DNA of 64,000 bases from Patescibacteria group bacterium. GTDB taxonomy: Bacteria; Patescibacteriota; Minisyncoccia; Phycocordibacterales; UBA9973. The position numbers and the translations under genes were made by a program. The stretch spans positions 83,179 to 147,178 of the forward strand of contig JBBTUV010000003.1 in the NCBI GenBank assembly GCA_038063535.1, in the 5' to 3' direction. The notes under the pieces were generated by a model. That model worked only from the letters and a program-made list of their open reading frames with translations. It did not search any database and was not told the origin of the DNA. Below are positions 48,540 to 57,681 of the stretch, piece by piece; position 1 is the stretch's first letter, and every line of letters begins with the position of its first letter.

Positions 48540-49037
48540 ATGAAAAACGTTATCGGTATTTTTGCGGCAATTCTCGTTTTGGCTGGCCTCGTCTATATTG
48601 CCAGACCTTCCGGAGCGGGCGACACGCAAAAAAGAGAAGAGTCAGATACTTCATCAAGCGTACTTCTTGCTGAAGAAACAAGTTACGATTTCGAAGAGGT
48701 CTCAATGGCGAAGGGCAATGTTTCGCATTCGTTCAAAGTAAAAAACGTCAGTACTTCTCCCGTGACCATCGAGAAAATGTACACCTCCTGCATGTGCACG
48801 ACCGCCAAGCTCACAATGGGAGGGAAAGTCTGGGGGCCTTATGGCATGCCAGGGCACATGGCGATTCCGAAAATCGGAGAGGCGCTCGGAGCAGGCGAGG
48901 AAGCGGTAATTGAAACCGTTTTCGATCCCGCAGCCCACGGGCCTGCGGGAGTCGGAAGAATTGAAAGGCAAGTGACGATAGAAAATAGCGCCGGAGAACC
49001 GGTCGAACTTAAGTTCGTTGCCGTGGTAGTTCCTTAA
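48540..49037 (+). CDS. DUF1573-like exported protein
   Basis: N-terminal TM, YDF..V, TSCMCT, FDPAAHGP.GVG. Confidence 0.75.
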   Translation: MKNVIGIFAAILVLAGLVYIARPSGAGDTQKREESDTSSSVLLAEETSYDFEEVSMAKGNVSHSFKVKNVSTSPVTIEKMYTSCMCTTAKLTMGGKVWGPYGMPGHMAIPKIGEALGAGEEAVIETVFDPAAHGPAGVGRIERQVTIENSAGEPVELKFVAVVVP

Positions 49038-49038
49038 A

Positions 49039-49818
49039 ATGAAAAAATTATCAATTCTTGTCGGGATCGCACTTCTCTTGTTCGGAGGCGTGATTCTACT
49101 CAAGACGGGGAATATCGGCACTAATTTCCTCTGGAGCGCAAGCTCCGAGGGGAAGTTCCTGCTGCCCTTGGTCGGTATTGCGGCCCTAATCGACAGCGTG
49201 AACCCCTGCGCCTTCTCGGTGTTGCTTCTTACGATCGCCTTTCTCTTCTCGATCGGGAAAATCCGCTCCGGAATCTTGAAAATTGGAGGCGCCTACATTG
49301 CCGGCATCTTCGCGGCCTATATCCTGATCGGCCTCGGGCTCTTTCACGCGCTTCACCTCTTCAATACTCCGCACTTCATGGCCAAAATCGGGGCGGGGCT
49401 TCTTATTGCACTCGGCAGCATCAACCTCATTAACGAATTCTTCCCGGCTTTCCCGATCAAGCTTCGGATTCCGCAAGCGGCTCATTCGAAAATCGCAGAG
49501 CTTATGAACAAGGCATCATTGCCAACCGCGTTTCTCCTCGGGGGACTAGTCGGTCTCTGCGAGTTTCCCTGCACCGGCGGGCCGTACCTTATGGTAGTGG
49601 GGCTCCTCTACGACCAAGCGACATATCTCTCCGGCGTGGGATATCTTATCCTCTATAACCTCATCTTCATTCTGCCGCTTGCGATAATTCTCGCAATTGC
49701 TTCGAACTCCGCGCTCTATGAGAAGGTGCAGACCTGGCGAAGGGCAGAGACGGGGCATATGAGAATCTGGGGCGGGGTGGCAATGGTCGCGCTTGGAATA
49801 TTAATCTTCCTCTTATGA
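49039..49818 (+). CDS. CcdA/DsbD-like transmembrane thiol-redox protein
   Basis: DSVNPCA and EFPCTGGPY in a multi-TM protein. Confidence 0.78.
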   Translation: MKKLSILVGIALLLFGGVILLKTGNIGTNFLWSASSEGKFLLPLVGIAALIDSVNPCAFSVLLLTIAFLFSIGKIRSGILKIGGAYIAGIFAAYILIGLGLFHALHLFNTPHFMAKIGAGLLIALGSINLINEFFPAFPIKLRIPQAAHSKIAELMNKASLPTAFLLGGLVGLCEFPCTGGPYLMVVGLLYDQATYLSGVGYLILYNLIFILPLAIILAIASNSALYEKVQTWRRAETGHMRIWGGVAMVALGILIFLL

Positions 49819-49991
49819 AACTAAGATTCAAACTGGGCGATGCAATCGCCAAAATCACAAAAGCCCTCCACATTCCGCACTGCGCTAAATGCGAAAAGCG
49901 CCGAGAGATTCTCAATGAGATAGGCAGCGGCAAACCGTGGACGACTGGCGACATTATCAAAAGATTAGCTAACTGCTGCGATGAAAAATAA
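49815..49991 (+). CDS. 58-aa Cys-rich protein missed by the ORF track
   Basis: MKLRFKLGDAIAKITKALHIPHCAKCEKRREILNE...NCCDEK; ATGA overlap upstream and overlap downstream. Confidence 0.65.
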   Translation: MKLRFKLGDAIAKITKALHIPHCAKCEKRREILNEIGSGKPWTTGDIIKRLANCCDEK

Positions 49992-50643
49992 CAACCTTCT
50001 GGCGATCCTTCTCCTCGCCGCCTTTATCATAGGACTCGGAAGCATTACTCCACCTCCGCAAGACTCATCTGCGGCTGGAATTTCGCTCGGGGATCTGGGC
50101 AGGCAGATGGTTCGTGCCGGCGTGATAGACAGAGACAAATTCCTCGCTCTTTACGCAGGGAGGCCTGAACTTCGCGAAGAAGCTCGCCGTCTGCTTGACG
50201 AAGATAACGTAAAAATTGAAATCACTCCCGAGAATTCTGGGCTCATGCTCAACTTCTTCTGGGCGCTCGGGCTCGGGAACAAAAATCCGATCCTCGAGAT
50301 GGAAATGATGGACCCGCGCTATGGCGGTCCGCAGAATTTCGCCTCAACCGGCGGCTGGACACTTGCCCGAGGCGGTGCGATGAGCCACTACAACGCGCAT
50401 GAGTTCTTGCTCCTTACGGAAGAGGAGCAAGCCTTAGTCGATAAGGTCTCGCGCACAATCTTCCGCCCATGTTGCGGGAACAGCGCCCACTTCCCGGATT
50501 GCAATCACGGGATGGCAATGCTTGCCCATCTTGAGCTCCTCGCCTCGCGGGGGATAGGGGAGAAAGAAATGACGGAGAAAGCTAATGAGCTCAACGCTTT
50601 GTGGTTTCCGGGTTATAATAGTTCTTCGAGTTGCAGTGCTTAG
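49981..50643 (+). CDS. Membrane-anchored hypothetical protein with PCC..DCNHG motif
   Basis: N-terminal TM; FASTGGWT, RPCCGNS..FPDCNHGMA. Confidence 0.75.
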   Translation: MKNNNLLAILLLAAFIIGLGSITPPPQDSSAAGISLGDLGRQMVRAGVIDRDKFLALYAGRPELREEARRLLDEDNVKIEITPENSGLMLNFFWALGLGNKNPILEMEMMDPRYGGPQNFASTGGWTLARGGAMSHYNAHEFLLLTEEEQALVDKVSRTIFRPCCGNSAHFPDCNHGMAMLAHLELLASRGIGEKEMTEKANELNALWFPGYNSSSSCSA

Positions 50644-50673
50644 TGTTGATTATTAAATTAATTGTAAAAAATT

Positions 50674-51069
50674 GTGGAAAACAAAAACAATAATATGATT
50701 ATAGGTGCGGTTTTGCTTTTGGTAGGAGTGTTTATCGGCTGGCTGGTCTTCGCCAACCGCGCCAGTTGGAACCAAATGCCCTACAACATGCGTTCGATGT
50801 GGGGCGGCAGCATGATGCAAAATAACAGTATGGACTTCGCGATGCAGGGCATGATGATGGGTCTCTCCGGGAAAACCGGCGACGACTTCGATCGGGCGTT
50901 TCTCTCGGGGATGATCATGCATCACCAGGGCGCGGTTGTGATGGCCGAAGCAGTGCTTAAAACTTCGAAGCGGTCGGAACTCCTTAAACTCGCCAACGAT
51001 ATCATCTCCGCCCAGACCAAAGAAATCGAAATGATGCAGGGTTGGCAGAGGACTTGGTTTGGCGAGTAG
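50674..51069 (+). CDS. DUF305 / CopM-like Met-rich metal-binding protein
   Basis: FDRAFL..MIMHHQGAV.MA, II.AQ..EI..M..W. Confidence 0.85.
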   Translation: MENKNNNMIIGAVLLLVGVFIGWLVFANRASWNQMPYNMRSMWGGSMMQNNSMDFAMQGMMMGLSGKTGDDFDRAFLSGMIMHHQGAVVMAEAVLKTSKRSELLKLANDIISAQTKEIEMMQGWQRTWFGE

Positions 51070-51074
51070 AGATC

Positions 51075-51605
51075 ATGAGAACAGATTATAAAATTATTAT
51101 TGGCGTGGTGCTCGCGACTGGAATTCTCATCGCCGGCGGAGCGTGGCTCTCGAGCTCAAAAGGGGAGAAAGAAAAAGAAAGGTTGAGCCAAGAGCCTCTC
51201 GGCGAGGCGTTCACTATACTTAATTCCTCTCATGTTCGAGAAGGCGTGGAGCACGCGCCTTACAACTCCAACCCGCCGACCTCCGGCGAGCATTGGGCGG
51301 GGACTGCCGGGCCGGGGATTAAGAGCGAGCCCGCTCCCGACGAGCTCGTGCTTCACAGCATGGAGCATGGCGCAGCGGTTCTCTGGTATCGGGCAGATCT
51401 GCCAGAGGGTGAGATAGATCGCCTGAAAAAGGCCTTCGGCGAGGCAGAAGGGAAGAAGATAATGCTCGCGCGCAAAGACCTAGACGTGCCGGCGACCCTC
51501 ACCTCCTGGGGCTATCTACTTAAGCTCGAAACGATCGACGAGGCAAAAATCGTTGCATTCATAGAAACCAACAACGACCGGGCGCCCGAGAAAGCGCCTA
51601 TCTAG
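51075..51605 (+). CDS. DUF3105-like exported protein
   Basis: YNSNPPTSGEH, HSMEHGA..LWY, TSWG, APE. Confidence 0.8.
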   Translation: MRTDYKIIIGVVLATGILIAGGAWLSSSKGEKEKERLSQEPLGEAFTILNSSHVREGVEHAPYNSNPPTSGEHWAGTAGPGIKSEPAPDELVLHSMEHGAAVLWYRADLPEGEIDRLKKAFGEAEGKKIMLARKDLDVPATLTSWGYLLKLETIDEAKIVAFIETNNDRAPEKAPI

Positions 51606-51635
51606 CCCCCACTCGGAGTTATCCACAGCTCTGCC

Positions 51636-51664
51636 TTGACAAATAGGGGGTAGGGGTATAGGGT
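51636..51664 (+). promoter_or_regulatory. Promoter overlapped by G-tract CsoR-type operator
   Basis: TTGACA-17 nt-TAGGGT containing ATAGGGGGTAGGGGTAT directly before csoR. Confidence 0.6.
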
Positions 51665-51670
51665 ATTAGA

Positions 51671-51940
51671 ATGTTAAACCAAAAGCTTAAAAGTCGCGCC
51701 GTTCATCGGGCGAAAATTATCAAAGGTCAGCTCGAAGGGTTAATCGAGGCTATTGAGGCGGAGGTATATTGCCCGAAATTACTCGAGCAGTCGCTCTCCA
51801 TCCAAAGGTCGCTCAAAAGTCTTGACGCCTTTCTTCTCGAGAATCACCTTAAGAGTCATGTCCGGCATGACCTTAACCACAACGAGAAGAGAACGGTCAA
51901 AGAGCTGGTCGATTTATACGTATTAGGAAGTAAAAATTAA
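51671..51940 (+). CDS. csoR: CsoR/RcnR family metal-sensing repressor
   Basis: R..IIKGQLEG, YC..LL.Q, LLENHL..H. Confidence 0.85.
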   Translation: MLNQKLKSRAVHRAKIIKGQLEGLIEAIEAEVYCPKLLEQSLSIQRSLKSLDAFLLENHLKSHVRHDLNHNEKRTVKELVDLYVLGSKN

Positions 51941-51944
51941 TAAC

Positions 51945-52145
51945 ATGACTCAAAATTTAGGAAGATTAGACAGGGTTCTGCGGTTTGCGCTCGCGTTTTG
52001 GTGGCTGGGGCCTTGGGCTCCGCAGTATGATGCGGGTTGGGCTAACCTCCTTATTGCCGCCATCGGCTGGATTGCGCTCGTTGAGAGCTTCCTCGGCTGG
52101 TGCTGGCTCCACCGCTGGTTTAAGATAGACAACAAAAATCAATAA
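51945..52145 (+). CDS. DUF2892/YgaP-like small membrane protein
   Basis: NLG.LDRVLR...GWC. Confidence 0.75.
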   Translation: MTQNLGRLDRVLRFALAFWWLGPWAPQYDAGWANLLIAAIGWIALVESFLGWCWLHRWFKIDNKNQ

Positions 52146-52156
52146 AAGACCTAGCC

Positions 52157-52336
52157 ATGTTTAGCTCTTTCTTCAGCAAACACGACAAAGAACTCCACGA
52201 ATGTCCGGAGTGCGGTTTGCATTACCGAGATGTGGAACAGGCGAGGAAGTGTGAAGAGTGGTGCCGAGAGCACCATAGCTGCAATTTAGAAATTACCAAG
52301 GGTGCCGTTGAGCATGAAAAACATGAACAAACTTAA
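52157..52336 (+). CDS. 59-aa Cys/His-rich protein missed by the ORF track
   Basis: ECPECGLHY.....A.KCEEWC..HHSCNLEIT; fills the gap in the operon. Confidence 0.7.
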   Translation: MFSSFFSKHDKELHECPECGLHYRDVEQARKCEEWCREHHSCNLEITKGAVEHEKHEQT

Positions 52337-52586
52337 CACCCTTGCGCTTGCGAATACTGTAGCGATTATTGATCTGGTGCTGCACCCATTATTCCATTTG
52401 TGGGTATATCTTTCACCGGATTCGTATGAATGGGCGATGAACTTGTTCGTTGCGGGATTGCAATTGAACGTTACGAGTTTTGATTCAAGCTTGACCCATA
52501 TATTGCTTGGCACGGTTGTGGAGGCAGGTGCGTTTTGGCTTTTAGGATATACAGTCGCATCGTTGTATAACCGATTGAACACATGA
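52314..52586 (+). CDS. Small two-TM membrane protein
   Basis: Hydrophobic ORF ending LYNRL; start uncertain (52314 or 52323). Confidence 0.65.
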   Translation: MKNMNKLNTLALANTVAIIDLVLHPLFHLWVYLSPDSYEWAMNLFVAGLQLNVTSFDSSLTHILLGTVVEAGAFWLLGYTVASLYNRLNT

Positions 52587-53134
52587 AGCTCCTCAAGTGG
52601 ACAATTCTTTGGCTGGCTACCTGGGGTATCTCCCAGTGGTTTTGGGGCGGAAACCCACTCCAGCCGACTCTGGTGCCGGGAACCATCTTGATAATTTTCT
52701 TGGCGGCGCTTGTCTTGGCCTTTTTGCTTTTTCCCGACGAAAGAAAAGTGTGGCTTTCCCGCCTATCCTCGTGGGAAATCCCCGTAATCCTCTTTGGCAT
52801 CGTTATCTTTAGTTTCTTGGATACGGGATTGTTTACCAATAATATACTTACCTCTGCGCACGTTTTATTTCAACAGCTTATGATTGCCGTTTTGGTCTTT
52901 ATGGTCCCAGCGGAGAAGTTTAAGCGGACTTTAGTTAGAGTGTTGCTACTTTTTGGAGTGAGCCACTTGTTGCTTGCAGTCTTTATGTCGTGGCCATGGG
53001 CGCTATTTTTCACCATCCTCGCTTCAGCTACCGCAATTCTGTTTACTTTCCTCATGCAAAGAGTAAAATACGGCATTACCTTGAGTTTTCTTATTCACCT
53101 TTCATTTTATTTAATATTTTTTAACCTCATTTAA
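52583..53134 (+). CDS. Multi-pass membrane protein
   Basis: Hydrophobic, FG.SH and C-terminal IH motifs reminiscent of CAAX-protease-like proteins. Confidence 0.6.
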   Translation: MKLLKWTILWLATWGISQWFWGGNPLQPTLVPGTILIIFLAALVLAFLLFPDERKVWLSRLSSWEIPVILFGIVIFSFLDTGLFTNNILTSAHVLFQQLMIAVLVFMVPAEKFKRTLVRVLLLFGVSHLLLAVFMSWPWALFFTILASATAILFTFLMQRVKYGITLSFLIHLSFYLIFFNLI

Positions 53135-53136
53135 CC

Positions 53137-55131
53137 ATGGAAGAAAAAACTTACACTTGTCCGATGCATCCAGAGATAAAACAGGACAAGCCCGGAATGT
53201 GCCCGGAGTGCGGGATGGCACTTGTGCCGGAGCGGAAGAAGCCCTCCTCCGCCAAGGCTCCAGAGGGCAAACATGCCGGACATTCCACTCAAATGTTTTT
53301 CAGGAAGTTCTGGGTCAGTTTAATTCTCACTATTCCGGTCGTGCTCTATGCGGATGTGATTGAGAAAATTTTCAAATGGTCTCCGCCGGATTTTCCCGGC
53401 TCGGAGTATCTCACTCTTGTTCTCGGCTCGATCGTCTTTTTCTACGGTGGCTGGGTGTTCTTGGCTGGCGCATACCGGGAGATCCGCGGACGCCTGCCGG
53501 GCATGATGACGCTTATTGCCATCGCCATCTCTGCGGCATATCTCTGGAGCATCTATGCGGTATTCGCAGGCGTTGAAGCGCTTTTCTGGGAACTCACCAC
53601 CCTTATCACCATCATGCTCCTCGGTCACTGGCTTGAGATGCGCGCCGTTTCCGGCGCGCAGGGCGCACTCAAAGAGCTCTCTAAACTTCTGCCAGATACC
53701 GCGGAACTTGTGCAGGCTAATGGCACAAAAAAGATTTCACTGGCCGAGCTTAAAGAGAATGACATCGTGCTTGTCCGCCCCGGAAGTAAAGTGCCGGCGG
53801 ACGGAGAAATTATAGAAGGCGAATCGGACTTAAACGAATCAATGGTAACCGGTGAATCGAAGCCGGTATCTAAAAAAGTTGGCGGAAAAGTGATTGCCGG
53901 AACGATCAATGGCGACGGCGCGCTTAAAATAAAAGTCGCGCAAATCGGCGAGCACACTTTTCTCGCCGGGGTAATGCGCCTCGTGGCTGAAGCCCAAGCT
54001 TCAAAGTCGCGCCTCCAGATCCTCTCCGACCGGGCGGCGCTCTATCTTACTTTTATCGCGATCGGTGGGGGACTTCTTACGCTTTTGGTTTGGCTTTTGG
54101 TCGGCAAAGAAGTTAGTTTTGCGGTCGCGCGCCTGGTGGCGGTTCTCGTAGTCGCCTGTCCGCATGCGCTTGGCCTTGCCGTGCCCCTGGTTGCCTCAAT
54201 ATCAACCACCAAAGCGGCGCAAAACGGCTTTCTCATAAAACAGCGTCTTTCTCTTGAAGCCGCGCGCTCGGTCGACACCGTCCTTTTCGATAAAACCGGA
54301 ACTTTGACTTTGGGGGAATTTGGCGTGACGCAGGCGCAAGATGAAGCGCTTTCCTTCGCGGCTGCAGTTGACGAACACTCCGAACACCCCATCGCCCGCG
54401 CGATCGTCTCCGAGGCCAAAAAGCGAGGATTTGGGAAAAAGGCGACGAATTTTAAAAATATTCCCGGCCGAGGGGCGGAGGCTCTCGTCGACGGAAGAAA
54501 AGTTTTTGTTGGCCACAAAGGCGGGGAGGACATAGTGGTAGAAGTTGACGGAAAACAAATCGGTACCATAGCCGTGGCAGACACCCCCCGTTCGGAGGCG
54601 AAGGAGGCGGTCCAGGCGCTCAAAGAGATGGGGCTCAAACCCGTCATGATCACCGGCGATTCGGAAGAAGTCGCCAGAGAGGTGGCTGGGGAGCTCGGGA
54701 TAGACGAATATTTCGCGAGAGTTTTGCCGGGAGAGAAATCAGAGAAAGTGAAAGAGCTTCAGGCACGCGGAGGCAAGGTGGCGATGGTGGGCGATGGGGT
54801 GAATGACGCCCCGGCCCTCACTCAAGCCGACCTCGGCATCGCCATCGGCGCCGGCACGAATGTCGCAATCGAATCAGCGGGTATCATTCTCGTTAGAAAC
54901 GATCCTCGAGACATCGCGAAGATCATCCGGCTCTCACGGATGACATATACGAAGATGATCCAAAATCTTTGGTGGGCAGCCGGATACAATATTATTGCAT
55001 TACCACTCGCGGCCGGGGTACTTGCCGCGAAAGGAATTCTTCTCGAACCTGCCCTCGCCGCCGTCTTTATGTCGGCGAGCACGGTCATCGTCGCGATTAA
55101 CGCGATCTTTTTGAAAAAACAAAAGTTATAA
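53137..55131 (+). CDS. copB: Copper-translocating P1B-type ATPase (CPH type)
   Basis: YTCPMHP..CPECGM N-domain, TGES, CPHALGLA, DKTGTLT, GDGVNDAP, YN and MS.S. Confidence 0.9.
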   Translation: MEEKTYTCPMHPEIKQDKPGMCPECGMALVPERKKPSSAKAPEGKHAGHSTQMFFRKFWVSLILTIPVVLYADVIEKIFKWSPPDFPGSEYLTLVLGSIVFFYGGWVFLAGAYREIRGRLPGMMTLIAIAISAAYLWSIYAVFAGVEALFWELTTLITIMLLGHWLEMRAVSGAQGALKELSKLLPDTAELVQANGTKKISLAELKENDIVLVRPGSKVPADGEIIEGESDLNESMVTGESKPVSKKVGGKVIAGTINGDGALKIKVAQIGEHTFLAGVMRLVAEAQASKSRLQILSDRAALYLTFIAIGGGLLTLLVWLLVGKEVSFAVARLVAVLVVACPHALGLAVPLVASISTTKAAQNGFLIKQRLSLEAARSVDTVLFDKTGTLTLGEFGVTQAQDEALSFAAAVDEHSEHPIARAIVSEAKKRGFGKKATNFKNIPGRGAEALVDGRKVFVGHKGGEDIVVEVDGKQIGTIAVADTPRSEAKEAVQALKEMGLKPVMITGDSEEVAREVAGELGIDEYFARVLPGEKSEKVKELQARGGKVAMVGDGVNDAPALTQADLGIAIGAGTNVAIESAGIILVRNDPRDIAKIIRLSRMTYTKMIQNLWWAAGYNIIALPLAAGVLAAKGILLEPALAAVFMSASTVIVAINAIFLKKQKL

Positions 55132-55135
55132 AACT

Positions 55136-55225
55136 TGGCGGAGACGGTGAGATTCGAACTCACGAGGCCCTTACGAACCTAACACCTTAGCACGGTGCCG
55201 CTTTAGACCACTCAGCCACGTCTCC
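55136..55225 (-). tRNA. tRNA-Ser (anticodon GCU), CCA encoded
   Basis: GGAGACG/CGTCTCC-G-CCA, GCACC-GT GCT AA-GGTGT, long variable arm, GTGAG-TTCGAAT-CTCAC. Confidence 0.92.
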
Positions 55226-55321
55226 TCGTTCACTTTGTTCACTCGTCGACATGGCTTCGTGCCTTCCCAGGCCCTCCCTAGAGCCTGCCTCGCATCGGCT
55301 CTTTCTGCTTCGCAGAATCAG

Positions 55322-55349
55322 ATGAAATATGAAGCAGTTCATATTTCAT
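55322..55349. repeat. Perfect 12-bp inverted repeat
   Basis: ATGAAATATGAA-gcag-TTCATATTTCAT. Confidence 0.85.
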
Positions 55350-55570
55350 AGCCACATCTCCGTGTCGCTATACTAGCATATTTGCTATAATTTTATAAGC
55401 CTTTTACATGTCTCAATTTGAAAAAACTAAAAAAGAGTTTGAAGACCTGTGGAAACATTTGCAGAGCTTGCTTCGGGGAGAGAAACCCGGCGAGAATGAT
55501 GCGATGCGGGCGGCGAGGGTAGCGAACGCGAAAACGGGCGAGATATATTTTGCTATACTTTTAATAACAG

Positions 55571-56998
55571 ATGAAAAGTCTCGAAGAGCATAAAAAATAC
55601 GTTGAAGGCATCATTGCCCAGATGAGAACTATTGCGCAAGACCCGACCAGTAAAAGAATTAATTTTATTCACGGAAGTACTAATTCCACCAGGACGGAAG
55701 AAAACAAGGACTTCGCTTTTGTGGACATCACTAACTTAAATGATGTAATTGAAATCAATACCAGAGATCACTACGCTCTTGTTGAACCCAACGTGGCTCT
55801 AGATAAGCTATTACAATCGACACTGGAGTATAACTTAATCCCGGAAGTCATTGCAGAATTTCCCGGTATCACTGTGGGTGGAGCAGTCAATGGAGCATCT
55901 CTCGAGAGTTCCTCTTTCAAATACGGCCAATTCAATGATACTGCTGAAGAATATGAAATTGTCTTAGCAAGTGGGGACGTTATCCAGGCGTCTAAAGGGG
56001 GAAATAGCGATTTATTTTATGGCATATCTGGTTCATATGGCACCTTAGGCTTACTTACCTTGATTAAACTTCGACTGACTCCGTCAAAAAAATACGCAAA
56101 GCTAATGTATGAACCAACTTCTTCTCATCAAGAATGTTTGGATTTATTGTACCGACGTTGCACCGATAATTCCGTAGATTATACCGAAGCTGTAATCTTT
56201 GATACGCAAAAAGGTGTAGTTTTGAGTGCGTTATTAACTGACGATGCTGGCGATCTACCGATTCGCACATACAGTCACTCTTCCGATGCGTGGTTTTATC
56301 TTCAAGCGCAGAAAGTAGCCTCTGAAGGAAAGCATTTTGAGGAAGCAGTACCCATTGCCGATTATCTTTTTAGATACAATAGGGGGGCATTTTGGATGGG
56401 GGAATATGTATTTGATATTTTACACCTTCCACATCAAAGAATGTTGCGCCACTTACTAAATCCGATAATGAATACCCGTAATCTCTATAAAGCACTTCAC
56501 GCCACCAATCTTTCTCAACAATATTTTATCCAAGATTTTTACGTTCCCCTTGATCGTACTTTAGAATTTATTAAAAAAAGCGACGAAGAGCTCGGAATTT
56601 TCCCTATATGGCTTTGTCCAATGAAGCCTACGCAAACTCCACAGAAACTTTCTCCACACTTTCTAACTACAGATCTGATCATAGATGTAGGTATCTGGGG
56701 GCAATCGGAGAAATATCTTAAAGATCCCATAAACCTAAATGAAAAATTTGAGCAGTATGCGCGGGATGTGGGGGGACGAAAGATGCTATATGCGCACGCC
56801 TATTATTCCCAAGATGAATTTTGGAAGATCTACGACCATGCATGGTATCAAGAGTTACGCAAAAAATATCATGCCGAGAAAGCATTTCCAGAAATTTGGG
56901 AGAAAGTACACGTCGCTCCACATCACTTCGAGGTACACATGCTTAAGGGAATAACAAAATTTCTTATTGAAATGATCGAGCAACCTTCAACGAAATAA
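55571..56998 (+). CDS. FAD-binding oxidoreductase, Delta24-sterol reductase (DHCR24)-like
   Basis: HGSTNSTR, EFPGITVGG, ESSSFKYG.F, SYGTLG, DYLFRY.RG.FW, PIWLCP, KMLYA. Confidence 0.82.
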   Translation: MKSLEEHKKYVEGIIAQMRTIAQDPTSKRINFIHGSTNSTRTEENKDFAFVDITNLNDVIEINTRDHYALVEPNVALDKLLQSTLEYNLIPEVIAEFPGITVGGAVNGASLESSSFKYGQFNDTAEEYEIVLASGDVIQASKGGNSDLFYGISGSYGTLGLLTLIKLRLTPSKKYAKLMYEPTSSHQECLDLLYRRCTDNSVDYTEAVIFDTQKGVVLSALLTDDAGDLPIRTYSHSSDAWFYLQAQKVASEGKHFEEAVPIADYLFRYNRGAFWMGEYVFDILHLPHQRMLRHLLNPIMNTRNLYKALHATNLSQQYFIQDFYVPLDRTLEFIKKSDEELGIFPIWLCPMKPTQTPQKLSPHFLTTDLIIDVGIWGQSEKYLKDPINLNEKFEQYARDVGGRKMLYAHAYYSQDEFWKIYDHAWYQELRKKYHAEKAFPEIWEKVHVAPHHFEVHMLKGITKFLIEMIEQPSTK

Positions 56999-57089
56999 AG
57001 TCATCCCGCCCCGCTATTTCCCCTTCTTCGTCTTCGCATCTTCGATAAGGACGGGTGTAATTAATTGTTTTTTATTGTATCATAATTCC

Positions 57090-57392
57090 ATGCAAGGTTT
57101 TATTAATTTCGTAAGAGAGCAGGGGGTGATGGGCCTGGCCGTCGGGTTTATTTTGGGCGGAGCGGTTTCGAAAGTGGTCTCCGCACTTGTCACCGATATT
57201 ATCAATCCGCTCTTAAGTGTCGCTCTGGGCTCGGGGGAAGGCTTACGAACCGCAACGCTCAGGGTTGGCACTGCCGAGATTCTCTATGGCGACATGATCG
57301 CCGTTATCGTTGATTTCCTTGTTATCGCTCTGGTCGTGTATTTCGGCGTAAAGTTTCTGGGCATTGATAGATTAGACAAGAAAAAAGAGTGA
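57090..57392 (+). CDS. mscL: Large-conductance mechanosensitive channel
   Basis: V.GLAVGFILG.A..KVV.ALV.DIINP. Confidence 0.88.
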   Translation: MQGFINFVREQGVMGLAVGFILGGAVSKVVSALVTDIINPLLSVALGSGEGLRTATLRVGTAEILYGDMIAVIVDFLVIALVVYFGVKFLGIDRLDKKKE

Positions 57393-57407
57393 GGGTATAA
57401 TTATCAA

Positions 57408-57638
57408 ATGAATTACTTCAACGTAAACGACATAGGCGGGTGGCCGGTGTTTGTTCTAGTCGTGGCGTGGTCCTTGTTTTGGAAGGGCTTAGCGCTCTGG
57501 CATGCCGCAAAGCGCGGGCAAATAAAATGGTTCCTGGTCATGCTTATCTTAAACACTCTGGGGATACTTGAGATCATTTACCTTTTTGCGGTAGTGAAGA
57601 TAAAATTCGGCAAGCCCAAGGATATGCTACAATGGTAG
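57408..57638 (+). CDS. Small membrane protein (DUF5652-like)
   Basis: WS..WKGLALW.AA, WF....LNTLGILEIIY. Confidence 0.8.
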   Translation: MNYFNVNDIGGWPVFVLVVAWSLFWKGLALWHAAKRGQIKWFLVMLILNTLGILEIIYLFAVVKIKFGKPKDMLQW

Positions 57639-57681
57639 CAGGTCGGGGATTAAGATTCATAACCCGAAATTAACATGACTG

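Noticed and set aside
55408-55593. 61-aa ORF upstream of the oxidoreductase
   Set aside because: Has a plausible upstream -10 but no recognisable motif and overlaps the next gene's promoter and start; possibly a gene remnant, too weak to call
57001-57060. CTTCG triplet repeats within a weak CCCG/CGGG stem
   Set aside because: Too short and imperfect to call a REP-like element without genome-wide copies
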